From: an uncultured bacterium
Lineage (GTDB): Bacteria > Verrucomicrobiota > Kiritimatiellia > RFP12 > UBA1067
DNA: 64,000 nt
Reading direction: 5' to 3'
NCBI GenBank assembly: GCA_902799385.1
Contig: CADCAK010000001.1
Location: 30,670-94,669 of the forward strand
Of the stretch, positions 46,117 to 55,980 are shown piece by piece. Both the position numbers and the translations under genes were made by a program. A model generated the notes under the pieces. That model searched no databases. It saw only the letters and a program-made list of their open reading frames with translations, and was not told the origin of the DNA. Position 1 is the first letter of the stretch, and every line of letters begins with the position of its first letter.

Positions 46117-47433
46117 ATGAAGAAGAAGAGAGGAACGCTCGCACTCGTCTCGCTCGGCTGCGCCAAGAACGCAGTTGACTTGCAGGTCATGGCCGGCAAT
46201 CTCCTGAAAGAGGGCTGGGCTCTTTCTCCCGATCCCGACTGTGCGGACGTCGTCATTGTCAACACCTGCTCCTTCATCGCATCGGCTCGCGAGGAGGCGG
46301 AGGCCGAGATACTTCGCGCGATTGAGCTCAAGAAAATCGGCCGCTACGGAAAGGTCGTCGTCGCGGGATGCTATCCGCAGAGATATCCCGAGCTGAAGGG
46401 CGCGTTCCCCGGCGTCGACGAGTGGGGGGGCGTGCCGAAGGGCTGGATCGAGCCGAAGATGCCTGCGCTTCGCCTCACCGGAAAGGCGTTTGCATACCTC
46501 AAGATCGCCGAGGGCTGCGCGCACCGCTGCGCCTACTGCGCGATTCCGCTAATCCGCGGCAAGTACCGCTCGCGCCCGCTCAGGTCGATACTAAAGGAGG
46601 CGCGTTCGCTCGTTGCGACAGGGTGCCGCGAAATCAACGTCATAGCCCAGGACCCGATGCTCTGGCGCGAGGGGAAGAAGTCGCTTCCCGATCTCCTCTG
46701 GGCGCTCGACAAGATTCCTGGCGACTTCTGGGTGCGCGTCCTCTACAGCTACCCGAGCGAGATATCCGACGATTTCCTCGTATGGATGCTCACGTCGAAA
46801 CACGCCGTCCGCTACATCGATGTGCCGCTCCAGCACACCGTTCCCGAAGTCCTCGAGAAGATGAACCGCAAGGCCGCGATAGACGATTCGCTTGCGGCAG
46901 CCGAGTTCCTGCGCGGCGTCGTTCCAGGGGTCACGCTGAGGACGACGATAATGACCGGTTTCCCCGGCGAGACGGAATCGCGCTTCAGGAAGCTCATGGC
47001 CGACTTGCGGCGCATGCAGTTCGACCACCTCGGCTGCTTCGCCTATTCGCCCGAGAAGGGCACGAAGGGCGCGCTGCTTGGAGGGCGTCCTTCGCGCGCG
47101 GTCGCGCTCGCCCGAGAGAAGGCGGTGATGGGGCTTGCGAAGGAGATTTGGAGAGCTCGCTCCAAGAGGTTGGTCGGAAAGACTTTCCGCGCGCTCGTCG
47201 TCGCGCCTGGCGTGGCGCGGCTTGAGTCGCAGGCGCCAGATGTTGACGGAGTGACGTATATTACGGGGAACGGGGAACGTAACCGCCCCTTGCGGGGGTT
47301 TGCGACCCATGGGGAAGCAAACACGCCGAGCGAAGCGAGTGCCGAGGGAATGGGTAACGGGCATGTCGGCGAATTCGTCGATGTCCGCATAGAGAAGGTC
47401 GAGGGCTTCGACTTCAGGGGAAAGGTCGTTTGA
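46117..47433 (+). CDS. rimO: ribosomal protein S12 methylthiotransferase RimO (MiaB-like radical SAM)
   Basis: MTTase N-terminus (LGCAKN..VNTCSF). Radical-SAM CAHRCAYCAIP. TRAM-like C-terminus with a Gly/Asn/Glu-rich insertion (GNGERN...GMGNG). Confidence 0.85.
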   Translation: MKKKRGTLALVSLGCAKNAVDLQVMAGNLLKEGWALSPDPDCADVVIVNTCSFIASAREEAEAEILRAIELKKIGRYGKVVVAGCYPQRYPELKGAFPGVDEWGGVPKGWIEPKMPALRLTGKAFAYLKIAEGCAHRCAYCAIPLIRGKYRSRPLRSILKEARSLVATGCREINVIAQDPMLWREGKKSLPDLLWALDKIPGDFWVRVLYSYPSEISDDFLVWMLTSKHAVRYIDVPLQHTVPEVLEKMNRKAAIDDSLAAAEFLRGVVPGVTLRTTIMTGFPGETESRFRKLMADLRRMQFDHLGCFAYSPEKGTKGALLGGRPSRAVALAREKAVMGLAKEIWRARSKRLVGKTFRALVVAPGVARLESQAPDVDGVTYITGNGERNRPLRGFATHGEANTPSEASAEGMGNGHVGEFVDVRIEKVEGFDFRGKVV

Positions 47434-48371
47434 AGATGCGCCGCCCGATTCCATACGTCAACGAGGAAGTCTCGAACAGGGATCTCAAGTACTACATCTT
47501 CGACTGGGACGACAACATCCTCCACATGCCGACGCGCATCAAGATGGAGCATCGCGACTCCGTCGACAGTCCGTGGAAGCTGGTGGAAGTCTCGACCGCC
47601 ACCTTTGCGCTCGTCCGCGCCGACGAGGAACACTATCGCGCTCCCGGCGGAGTGTGGGCCGACGCGTTCAAGAACTTCGAGGACGCGCCTGGGCGCGACA
47701 ACTTCATCGAGGACACGATTGCGGCGCTTGAGAAGATAGAGCACGGCGAGAAGCCGTCGCCGAGCTTCTATACGTTCAAGAAGACCTTGATCGAGGGTCG
47801 CATTTTCGCCATCGTGACGGCTCGCGGCCATGCGCCCGAGACGATAGAGAGGGCGGTGAGGGTGTTCATCAAGTACGTCCTTTCCGAAGAGGAGCGCGAG
47901 ACGATGATGTCGAACCTTCGGGGCTACCGTCAGTGGATCGACGGCGTCGGCGACGGCGAGTTTGGCACCGATGCGGAGGAGCTCGACTACTACCTCGGCA
48001 TGTGCCGCTACTCCGCCGTCACTTTCGAGGGCTTCAAGGAACGCATGCGCGCGGATCCGATCTACCAGGAGAAACTTGCGGTCGCGCCGACGGCTGCGAA
48101 GCCCGAGCTTGCGAAGGAGTTCGCGATACGCGACTTCGTGGAGCACATCTTCCACATGCTGAGGCGCAACGGCACTTCAAGCCGCGCCGTCTCGATTGGC
48201 TTTTCCGACGACGACAAGGGCAACGTGAAGTGTGTTTCCGACTACATCCGTTCGGAGCTTTCGAAGCGCTTCGAGGGGATCAAGTTCGTAGTCTACGACA
48301 CTTCGGACCGCTCGCTCGGCAAGGGCCGCAAGGTCTGCGTCTCAGGCCAGCTCAACCTGCCGGGATTCTGA
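47430..48371 (+). CDS. hypothetical protein, possible HAD-like hydrolase
   Basis: Motif-I-like FDWDDNIL, Thr in AIVTARG, DD in GFSDDDKGN. Weak assignment. ATGA overlap with rimO. Confidence 0.45.
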   Translation: MKMRRPIPYVNEEVSNRDLKYYIFDWDDNILHMPTRIKMEHRDSVDSPWKLVEVSTATFALVRADEEHYRAPGGVWADAFKNFEDAPGRDNFIEDTIAALEKIEHGEKPSPSFYTFKKTLIEGRIFAIVTARGHAPETIERAVRVFIKYVLSEEERETMMSNLRGYRQWIDGVGDGEFGTDAEELDYYLGMCRYSAVTFEGFKERMRADPIYQEKLAVAPTAAKPELAKEFAIRDFVEHIFHMLRRNGTSSRAVSIGFSDDDKGNVKCVSDYIRSELSKRFEGIKFVVYDTSDRSLGKGRKVCVSGQLNLPGF

Positions 48372-48990
48372 CAAACCTGCGGATATCGACGGGCAGCAGG
48401 TTCGCGGCGGCAAGGTCGGCAAGAGGTCGCCATTCGAACCCGATCCAGTCTTCCTGCGCCGAGACGTCGCCATTACCGATTGAAAGCTCGTAGACGAGGT
48501 TTATCTCGCAGTGCCTTTCGCCGTGCTGAAGGAAGGTGCTCTCGACGACGCCGAGGAACTTCCCGGCCGTAGAGTCGAGCCCAGTCTCTTCCTTCATTTC
48601 GCGGACAAGCGCCTCTGCGCCCGTCTCGCCAAACTCGATGTGCCCGCCGGGGAGATAGGTAGAGGCCGCGCCCTTGCCCCGGCAGAGCAGGACTTTGCCG
48701 TCCTTCACGCACACGCCGCGCGCAATCGTCTCGATCTCGCCTCGCGCACCGGCGAAGAGCCGCTCCCAGATGGCGCAGACCGTGTCGCGTTTTGCAGGCG
48801 GAACTGCCGCCGCGACGCGCGCAAGTATCTCGCGCTCTCGCTCCTTGTCGATGCGCGGCGCGCCCTCGCGGATTTTCAGCTCGCGGATGCGGTCGGTGAC
48901 GGCAAAGCGCCGCCTGAGCGCGGCGAGAATCGCGTCGTCCGCCGCGTCGACTTCATTTCTCAACTCGTCCAGTTCGCTCATTTTCCACAT
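48352..48990 (-). CDS. chorismate mutase (AroQ) - NUDIX hydrolase fusion protein
   Basis: AroQ N-terminus ELDELRNEVDAADDAILAALRRRFAVTDRIRELK. NUDIX box GGHIEFGETGAEALVREMKEETGL. Confidence 0.7.
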   Translation of the reverse strand: MWKMSELDELRNEVDAADDAILAALRRRFAVTDRIRELKIREGAPRIDKEREREILARVAAAVPPAKRDTVCAIWERLFAGARGEIETIARGVCVKDGKVLLCRGKGAASTYLPGGHIEFGETGAEALVREMKEETGLDSTAGKFLGVVESTFLQHGERHCEINLVYELSIGNGDVSAQEDWIGFEWRPLADLAAANLLPVDIRRFVRIPAG

Positions 48991-50047
48991 GCCCCGCTTC
49001 AGTCGGATTCTCCTGCATCTGTTTAAGCGCCTTGATTGTCTCGGCGCGCTCGGCAGCTTTTTGCCGCGCACTTTCCTCTCTTTCGCGGAGCCCCGTCTTG
49101 ACGCCGAAGAACCCGCAGGTCGCATAGGCAAGGACGCCAAGCAAAAGCAGCGCTACGACAAACCAGCGCGTTGGGCCACGGCGGATGCCCTCGGGCAAAT
49201 CGTACGGCTCGGCCGTGCGAACCCAGAAGGTAGTCATTGCGACCGGCAGGAAAAGCCTGCCGAAACTTGCAAAGAGGTCTGCGAGAAACATCACGGACGT
49301 CCGCGCTAACGCGGTGCCGGACGGCGCGGGCAGACCCGCCATCTCACCCCTCGCGTACCATGCCGCAAGCGAGCTTGGAATCGCGGAGATTCCCCCCGTG
49401 ACAAGCCATGCGGCGACAATCAGGAGGATGCAGCATGCAACCCGGCCGTGCACGAAACGCCACGACTCGCCCATTGCCGTCGTGCCCATGATCGGATGGA
49501 TGGCGCTTAAGATGACGGCGAAGCTCCAGCGCACGAGTATCCAGACGATGGCAACGACCAACGGAGCCAATATGATGCACGCGATAATGGCGGAAAACGC
49601 CGACGCCGAGCCGCCAACCTGGGTAAGCGGTGCGTTGGATACAAAGATCATTACGATGACAAGCGCAATGACTGCCACGGCGACAAGCGCGACATCGACG
49701 GCCATGCGCAGCCACCCCGTCGCCATCATGCGCCCCCAGGCAGCGGTGAGCCCCCCGCCGGACGGACGGCGCTGGCCGGTGCACTTTAGAAACACGCGGT
49801 CCACGACAAGCGCGACTGCGACGAGCCCGAGCGTCAGGTCGAGCGCCAGAGCGACAAGGTTCTCGTACCTGAGGTTGGCAAGGCTCCCCGCGCCGCTCGA
49901 CGCGGCATAATGCCTGTAGAGCGCCATCAGAAGCTGGAGCGGGATGAATACGGCCAGCAGCAGCGGATAGCGCTCCTTGACGACCTGCCAGTAGACGTGA
50001 AGCGCCTCGATCAGCGTTTCCCAGACATTTGCGGAGTAGCGTTTCAT
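48953..50047 (-). CDS. hypothetical polytopic membrane protein
   Basis: ~8 TM helices. Lies in the minus-strand operon between the SPFH genes and the chorismate mutase-NUDIX gene. Confidence 0.5.
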   Translation of the reverse strand: MKRYSANVWETLIEALHVYWQVVKERYPLLLAVFIPLQLLMALYRHYAASSGAGSLANLRYENLVALALDLTLGLVAVALVVDRVFLKCTGQRRPSGGGLTAAWGRMMATGWLRMAVDVALVAVAVIALVIVMIFVSNAPLTQVGGSASAFSAIIACIILAPLVVAIVWILVRWSFAVILSAIHPIMGTTAMGESWRFVHGRVACCILLIVAAWLVTGGISAIPSSLAAWYARGEMAGLPAPSGTALARTSVMFLADLFASFGRLFLPVAMTTFWVRTAEPYDLPEGIRRGPTRWFVVALLLLGVLAYATCGFFGVKTGLREREESARQKAAERAETIKALKQMQENPTEAGHVENERTGRVEK

Positions 50048-50063
50048 GGAGTTTTCAGGGTCC

Positions 50064-51857
50064 TTACTTCTTGCCTTGTGCCGGAATTGCGAGGGACGCG
50101 CCCTTCATGTCCGTCCAAAGCGTTCCCTCGCCGGAGTGGATCACGCGGATGTTGACGGCGGGGTTGAGCGCGTCGGCAAACACGAGATCCGCCCAAAGCG
50201 ACGGATCCTTGAACGCAGAGGCGCGGCGCTTGATGCCGAGCGCTTCCTCGTTCTCGACAAGGAACTTCGCCTTGACCTCTGCGGAGCCGCGCGTCTCGGT
50301 GATCTTCGCCTGTATCTTCGCGCATTCGAGGTCGATTTCCGCCGCCTTGAGCTTCGTTTCGGCGTTTATCTCGGCGACGTCCTTCTTCATCTCGGCGGCG
50401 ACGGTCGCTACGAGCTTCGCCGTCTCCTGTTCGACCTCGCGCTTAAGTTGGTCGACCTTGGCGACTTCGGTGTTCAGTTCGGCTCGGCGCTTTTCCGTGT
50501 CCTGCTGAGTCTTGTTGGTAAGGTCCTGCTCCTTCGCGACGGCAGCGGACTGGATCGGCGCAAGAATTTCTTCGGGAACTTCGACATGGCGGACGATCGC
50601 GTTCCTGACGAGGATGTGCTTTTCGCCGAGGACGCGCACGAGCTCGGCCGTCATCTCCTCCTGGAACTTCTGGCGGCCTTCGCCGTCGATGAATTCGCGT
50701 GCCTTGTAGTCCGAGCCCTTCATGCGCGAGATCGAGAGGATCTGCGGCATGATGATCTTCGAGACGACTGCGGGAAGGTCGCCGTAGAGCATGAATATCT
50801 TGGAGATCTTCTCGGGCATAAGCTCGAACTCTACCGTCATGTCGAGCATGATCGCAAAGCCGTCGGATGACGGGAACTGCACGAACTGGTTCATGCCGAA
50901 AGCGACCGAGTCGTTTGCCGGGAGCTGCGACTGCCCGACGGGCGCGCGCTGCTGCGCCGGCGCGGCGGCACCGGTGACCGCGGAGGAAACGGTTGACAGA
51001 TAACGGTTGCCGCTCGCGCTCTTGCGCGCGGTCGGCGCACGGGAGAGCGAATTGAGCGAGAAGTTGTTGCGGGCGGAATCTTCGTCGACGATTCCGAGGT
51101 CGGCGTTCTGCGTCACGTACTCCGCGCGCTTCTGCACCTGCTTCTGAAGCGTCATTCGCTGCAGCTCGTCGAGTCCGTTCGCGCTCTGGCTCTGCGCCTT
51201 CGTGAGGACGACCGTTCCCGACTTGCCGACGATGGACACCTGGTTCATGCCGATTTCGACGACGTCAACCTGGTATGCGCGGGGGTTCACATAGTAAAGC
51301 CCAGGCTGCAGGACCTTCTCCATGACGCCTTTTTCGCCAGGGCCGGCGAACGAGCCAGCCGCGGCGGGCTTTCCGGTCTGGCTCGTCACGACGCCGACAT
51401 AGCCGATCGGGATGTTTATCGCGCTCATCACCTTGACGTCGTATCCCTCTGGATTGAGGCGATACCTGCCGGGGCCAAGTACATCCTTCCACACGCCCTT
51501 CGAGTCGCGGTCGGGCGCAAGAATCTCGCCCGGGGCAAGTTCGCGGCCGTTCTTCGAGGTAACGACGCCGACGGAGCCGGCAGGAATCGTAATCGCCGCG
51601 ACGATGCGCCAGTCGTGCGTGACGGGGTTGAGGAAATGGCGTCCTTCCCCGAGAGGGATTCTCTGGACGCCTTTCTGCCCCGGCTCTGCGAGAATTGCGC
51701 CAGGCGGCAGTTCGTCGCCGGTCTTCGAAGTGACGATGGCCATCTCGCCCGGACCAACATAGACCCTGCAGAAGATCCAGACGAACGCGAACGCGCCAAG
51801 CACGAACAAGGCGGCCGCTGCAACAAGCACAGATGCGAACTTTCCGAAGTTATTCAT
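50064..51857 (-). CDS. SPFH/Band-7 domain membrane protein with N-terminal repeated beta-modules and C-terminal coiled coil
   Basis: N-terminal TM anchor. Three repeats of VGVVTS..G..L..GE.L....KGV...VL.PG.Y.LNP. SPFH-like core. Lys/Glu/Ala-rich coiled coil. Confidence 0.65.
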   Translation of the reverse strand: MNNFGKFASVLVAAAALFVLGAFAFVWIFCRVYVGPGEMAIVTSKTGDELPPGAILAEPGQKGVQRIPLGEGRHFLNPVTHDWRIVAAITIPAGSVGVVTSKNGRELAPGEILAPDRDSKGVWKDVLGPGRYRLNPEGYDVKVMSAINIPIGYVGVVTSQTGKPAAAGSFAGPGEKGVMEKVLQPGLYYVNPRAYQVDVVEIGMNQVSIVGKSGTVVLTKAQSQSANGLDELQRMTLQKQVQKRAEYVTQNADLGIVDEDSARNNFSLNSLSRAPTARKSASGNRYLSTVSSAVTGAAAPAQQRAPVGQSQLPANDSVAFGMNQFVQFPSSDGFAIMLDMTVEFELMPEKISKIFMLYGDLPAVVSKIIMPQILSISRMKGSDYKAREFIDGEGRQKFQEEMTAELVRVLGEKHILVRNAIVRHVEVPEEILAPIQSAAVAKEQDLTNKTQQDTEKRRAELNTEVAKVDQLKREVEQETAKLVATVAAEMKKDVAEINAETKLKAAEIDLECAKIQAKITETRGSAEVKAKFLVENEEALGIKRRASAFKDPSLWADLVFADALNPAVNIRVIHSGEGTLWTDMKGASLAIPAQGKK

Positions 51858-53323
51858 TTCGCACCTCCTTTCTCGGTGGCGAAAGTGCTTTTGGCGGGAA
51901 TCCCCATCATCTCGCGCGGATCGTCGGCTGTCACGACATCCGTCACGCGCGGCGCCGTCTTCTCGTAAAGCCGAGCCCTAAGGTAGTCGCGCTCGTCGGC
52001 ATAGACCGCGACTTCGCGCTTCATGACCTCGGCCTCGGCGGTCGTCCGCGCCTCGACAACCTTGCGATCGGCCTCCGCCTTGGCGAGCTTCGCTGCGGCC
52101 TCGGCCTCGGCGGCCTTTAGCTCTGTCGCGGCGACCGTCAGACGCGTCTCGGCGGCGATAGTGACTTCTGCCCTCGACTGCTCGGCGGCGATCTTCTTCT
52201 GGATGCGCTCTGTCTCTGCCGCGACGACCTTGGAGTTGCGCTCGGCGAGCGACTTCTGCTTGCCGAGCTCGGCGAGCGACTTCGCCTGAACAATCTGCTG
52301 GTCGATCTTCTTCGCTTCCTGGACGGCGAGTTCGCGTGCGCGGATGATCGCCGCCACTTCCTGCGGCGCGAAGATGTCGCGGATGAGGACGGAGTTGAGC
52401 GAGATGCCCCACGGCGCGCAGACGCCCTTAAGGTACGCCTCAAGCGAATTTTGGAACGCCTGACGAGACTCGCCGACGATGAACTCGGTCGCGACCTTCT
52501 TAGAGCCTTCGATGCGCGAAAAGCCGCGCGCAGAGGGAAGGATGATCTTCTGGAGAATGTCGTCCATGTCGCCGACCTCGTGCGAGAGGAGCGCGACCTT
52601 GTCGAGCTGCAGGTTGAACTCAAGCGTTCCCTCGGCCTGCACCGTGAAGCCGTCCTGCGTGAGGAACGTTATCGCGTCGGCACCGGAAAGCTCGAAGCGC
52701 TGGCTCTGCACGTTCACGATCGAAACGGAGTAGAGGAAGGGATTGAGTCGGTGCGTTCCTTCCTTGAGAATCCCATCCGTCACGCCCTTGGCACCCTTGC
52801 CGACGAGAAAGCCCGTTCCAGTAGCGGCGTCGGCGCCTTCGGAAAGGATGTCTGCTCCCGTGAGCCGCGTCACGACGCCGACGTGGCCGGGCTTGATCGT
52901 GATGTCGTCGTAGAGCTTGACGTCGTAGGCAAAGGGGTTTATGCGGTGGCGGCCAGTGCCGAGGACATCGCAGACGATGCCCTTGAAGGAGTCGTCGCGG
53001 GCGATTATCTCGCCTGCGGGAAGGTCCTTGCCGAACTTCCTCACGAGGACGCCGAACTTCCCTGCGGGAATATCCATCGCGCGGAAGTACTTCCACTCCC
53101 ACGTCCACGGATTGCGGAAGTAGCGGCCTTCAGGCAGCACGTCCGCCTGTATGCCCTTGTATTCGGGCCCAGGCGAGAGAATCGCCTCCGGCGGGAGGTC
53201 CTTCCCCGTCTTCTTCATGAGGACGGCTATCTGCCCGTTCTCGGGCTCGATGCGCCAACCCCACCATATCCACGCCGCGAACACGACGAACGCGGCCGGA
53301 ACGACTGCTGCAATGGCTTTCAT
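51854..53323 (-). CDS. SPFH/Band-7 domain membrane protein, paralog of the downstream gene
   Basis: Same architecture (TM, repeated G(K/V)FGV..G..LP.GEI......KG....VL..G.HR.NPF modules, SPFH core, AEAK-rich coiled coil). Overlaps the downstream paralog start. Confidence 0.65.
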   Translation of the reverse strand: MKAIAAVVPAAFVVFAAWIWWGWRIEPENGQIAVLMKKTGKDLPPEAILSPGPEYKGIQADVLPEGRYFRNPWTWEWKYFRAMDIPAGKFGVLVRKFGKDLPAGEIIARDDSFKGIVCDVLGTGRHRINPFAYDVKLYDDITIKPGHVGVVTRLTGADILSEGADAATGTGFLVGKGAKGVTDGILKEGTHRLNPFLYSVSIVNVQSQRFELSGADAITFLTQDGFTVQAEGTLEFNLQLDKVALLSHEVGDMDDILQKIILPSARGFSRIEGSKKVATEFIVGESRQAFQNSLEAYLKGVCAPWGISLNSVLIRDIFAPQEVAAIIRARELAVQEAKKIDQQIVQAKSLAELGKQKSLAERNSKVVAAETERIQKKIAAEQSRAEVTIAAETRLTVAATELKAAEAEAAAKLAKAEADRKVVEARTTAEAEVMKREVAVYADERDYLRARLYEKTAPRVTDVVTADDPREMMGIPAKSTFATEKGGAK

Positions 53324-53339
53324 GGGTTCTCCTTGTGTT

Positions 53340-55127
53340 TTAGCCAAGCGCGGCCTTGATTGCCTCAAGAGCCGCGTCTGGCGCGACGATCTGCATCTTC
53401 GACTTGTCCTCATCGCGGCGCTTGATCTCGACGCCGCCGTTGGCAAGCCCCTTCGCGCCGACGACGACGCGGACAGGGAAGCCGATCAGGTCGGCATCCT
53501 TGAACTTGACGCCGGGACGCTCCGCGCGGTCGTCGACGATTACGTCGATTCCGGCCGCCTCAAGCGCAGACTCGAGATCGTCTGCGACCTTCGTTACGTC
53601 TGGCTTGTCGGGATCGAGGTTCTCGACGATGACCTGGTACGGCGCGACAGACGCGGGCCAGATTATGCCGTCCTTGTCGTGGCATTGCTCGATGACCGCC
53701 TGGAGCGTGCGGGAAACGCCGACGCCGTAGCAGCCCATGATCATCACATGGTCTTCGAGCTTGTCGTTCTTGTAGACGGCGTTGAACGCGGCGGAATACT
53801 TCGTACCGAGCTTAAAGACCTGCCCGACTTCGATGCCGCGCTTGATTGCCATGGGCTTGCCGCACTTCGCGCAGATGTCGCCGTCCTTCACGATTACGAG
53901 ATCGGCGTAGTCCGCGTCCGCGATCTTCGCGTCGCGCGCGAGGTCAACGTTCTTGAGGTGGAAGTCGTCCTTGTTCGCGCCGACGATGCGTCCCTTCGCG
54001 CCCTTGAGCGCGATGTCAGCGACAATCCTGAGCGACGCGTCCGCAGGAGCGACGGGGCCGACGAAGCCCGCGTTCGCGCCGGTCGCCTTAAGGACGGTGC
54101 CGAAATCGGCAAGCGCGACGGACTTCGCGCCGAGGAAGCGCTTTAGCTTCACCTCGTTCACGTCGCGATCACCCTGAACGCACACCATAACCGGCTTGCC
54201 GTCGGCAACATAAACGAGAGACTTGACGAAACGGTCGGCGGGAAGGCCGAGGAAAGAGGCGACCTCTTCGATCGTCTTGGCGTTGGGCGTCGCGACCTCT
54301 TCGCAGGCGTCTCCGTTCCCCATTCCCGCTTCCCCGTTCCCCGTTCCCCATTCCCACCCCTCTAGCGACCGCTCGCGCGGCTCGCTTCGCTCGGGGGATA
54401 CGTTCCCCATCTTCCGTTCCGCCTTCTCGAGATTCGCAGCGTAGCCGCAGCCGTCGCAGAACGCGATGCCGTCTTCGCCAGCGTCGGCAAGGACGTGGAA
54501 CTCGTGCGTCATCGAATCGCCCATGTCGCCGCCGTCGGCCTGCACGGGAACGGCCTTGAGCCCGCAGCGCGCGTAGATGCGCTCGTAGGCGTGGTACATG
54601 TTCCAGTAGCTCTTGTCCGCGCCCTCGGCGTCAGTGTCGAAGGAGTAGGCGTCCTTCATGAGAAATTCCTTGGAGCGCATGAGCCCGAACCTCGGGCGCG
54701 TCTCGTCGCGGAACTTCCACTGGATCTGGTAGATCGTGACGGGCAGCTGGCGATAGGAGCTGACGAGCGACTTCGCGAGGTCGGTGAAGACCTCCTCGGC
54801 GGTGGGGCCGAGCGCGAACTCGTGCTCGCCTCTATCGCGGAGCTTGAACATGTTCGGGCCCATCGTGTCCCAGCGGCCCGTGGTGCGCCAGAGCTCGGCG
54901 GGCTGGAGTATCGGCGAGACGATTTCGAGCGCGCCCGCGCGGTCCATCTCATCGCGGACGATCTCCATGATTTTCTTGAGCGAGCGCATGCCGAGCGGCA
55001 GGTACGCGTAGAGCCCGCCCGCGACCTTGCGCGCGAGCCCCGCGCGCATCAGGAGCCTGTGAGAGTCGATTTCGGCGTCGCCGGGATTCTCCCGGAGCGT
55101 CTGTATGAGAGATTTCGTCCATTTCAT
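53340..55127 (-). CDS. proS: proline--tRNA ligase
   Basis: Class II aaRS motifs, C-terminal anticodon-binding domain. Contains a Gly/Asn/Glu-rich insertion WEWGTGNGEAGMGNGD from a GGGAAYGGGGAAC repeat at 54300-54360. Start at MKWTKSLIQTL. Confidence 0.9.
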   Translation of the reverse strand: MKWTKSLIQTLRENPGDAEIDSHRLLMRAGLARKVAGGLYAYLPLGMRSLKKIMEIVRDEMDRAGALEIVSPILQPAELWRTTGRWDTMGPNMFKLRDRGEHEFALGPTAEEVFTDLAKSLVSSYRQLPVTIYQIQWKFRDETRPRFGLMRSKEFLMKDAYSFDTDAEGADKSYWNMYHAYERIYARCGLKAVPVQADGGDMGDSMTHEFHVLADAGEDGIAFCDGCGYAANLEKAERKMGNVSPERSEPRERSLEGWEWGTGNGEAGMGNGDACEEVATPNAKTIEEVASFLGLPADRFVKSLVYVADGKPVMVCVQGDRDVNEVKLKRFLGAKSVALADFGTVLKATGANAGFVGPVAPADASLRIVADIALKGAKGRIVGANKDDFHLKNVDLARDAKIADADYADLVIVKDGDICAKCGKPMAIKRGIEVGQVFKLGTKYSAAFNAVYKNDKLEDHVMIMGCYGVGVSRTLQAVIEQCHDKDGIIWPASVAPYQVIVENLDPDKPDVTKVADDLESALEAAGIDVIVDDRAERPGVKFKDADLIGFPVRVVVGAKGLANGGVEIKRRDEDKSKMQIVAPDAALEAIKAALG

Positions 55128-55136
55128 GATGGGGAT

Positions 55137-55173
55137 ATTATACCAAATCCTCGCGCGTGAAATTTGGTATACT
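55137..55173. promoter_or_regulatory. divergent back-to-back extended -10 promoters: ATTATACCA (proS, minus strand) and TGGTATACT (tcdA, plus strand)
   Basis: The minus-strand TGGTATAAT (plus coordinates 55137-55145) ends 9 nt before the proS ATG (55127). The plus-strand TGGTATACT (55165-55173) ends 9 nt before the tcdA ATG (55183). No SD sequences, so both look leaderless or near-leaderless. Confidence 0.5.
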
Positions 55174-55182
55174 TTACCGCGA

Positions 55183-55938
55183 ATGAAACATCCAGCCATA
55201 TTCAGACGGACGGAGCTGATGCTCGGAACCGAGGCCCTCGACGCGCTCGCTGGCACGAAAGTCGCAGTGTTCGGGCTCGGCGGCGTGGGTAGCTGGTGCG
55301 TCGAGTCGCTCGTCAGGTCAGGTATCGGGAAACTGCTCCTCGTGGACTTCGACCGCGTCTGCATCACGAACGTGAACAGGCAGCTGATGGCCACGACGAA
55401 GACCGCTGGGCAAGTCAAGGCGGATGTCCTCGCAAAGCGGCTGAAGGAGATCAACCCCCTCGTCGAACTCGACGTGCGCCAGCAGATATACTCGCCCGAG
55501 ACGGCCGGGGAATTCGCGCTGGACGAATACGACTACGTCATAGACGCGATAGACTCCCTCGACTGCAAGGCGGCGCTAATACGCCATGCGCTCTCGATTC
55601 CGACGGTGACGCTCTTCGCCTCGATGGGCGCGGCGCTGAAGATGGATCCCTTCCAAATCCGCGCAACCGAGTTCCGCAAGGTCGAAGGCGACGGCTTAGC
55701 GCGCGCGCTTCGCACCAAATTCAAGAAGACAGGCGGCATGCCGACGCGAAAGTTCAAATGCGTGTGGAGCCCGGAACGCCGCGAGAACCTTGGGACGGCA
55801 GACAACGACGGCGAATCCAAGAAGCGCGTCAACGGAACGGTCGCGCACACGACGGCGATCTTCGGCTTTGCGCTCGCAGGACTCGTCGTTCAAGACGTCG
55901 AACGCAAAATTGGAAGTCTAACTTCTAAGAATGTTTAG
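55183..55938 (+). CDS. tcdA: tRNA threonylcarbamoyladenosine dehydratase (ThiF/E1-like, TcdA/CsdL)
   Basis: E1-like Rossmann motif VFGLGGVGS. ~250 aa, matching YgdL/TcdA size. Confidence 0.8.
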   Translation: MKHPAIFRRTELMLGTEALDALAGTKVAVFGLGGVGSWCVESLVRSGIGKLLLVDFDRVCITNVNRQLMATTKTAGQVKADVLAKRLKEINPLVELDVRQQIYSPETAGEFALDEYDYVIDAIDSLDCKAALIRHALSIPTVTLFASMGAALKMDPFQIRATEFRKVEGDGLARALRTKFKKTGGMPTRKFKCVWSPERRENLGTADNDGESKKRVNGTVAHTTAIFGFALAGLVVQDVERKIGSLTSKNV

Positions 55939-55980
55939 CCACAAAGAACACAAAGCTCACAAAGAGCATGGCTAAAGGGC

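Noticed and set aside
53340-55454. 704-aa track ORF for proS with a 109-aa N-terminal extension
   Set aside because: The extension runs through the divergent promoter region into tcdA. The canonical ProRS N-terminus MKWTKSLIQTLRE starts at 55127.
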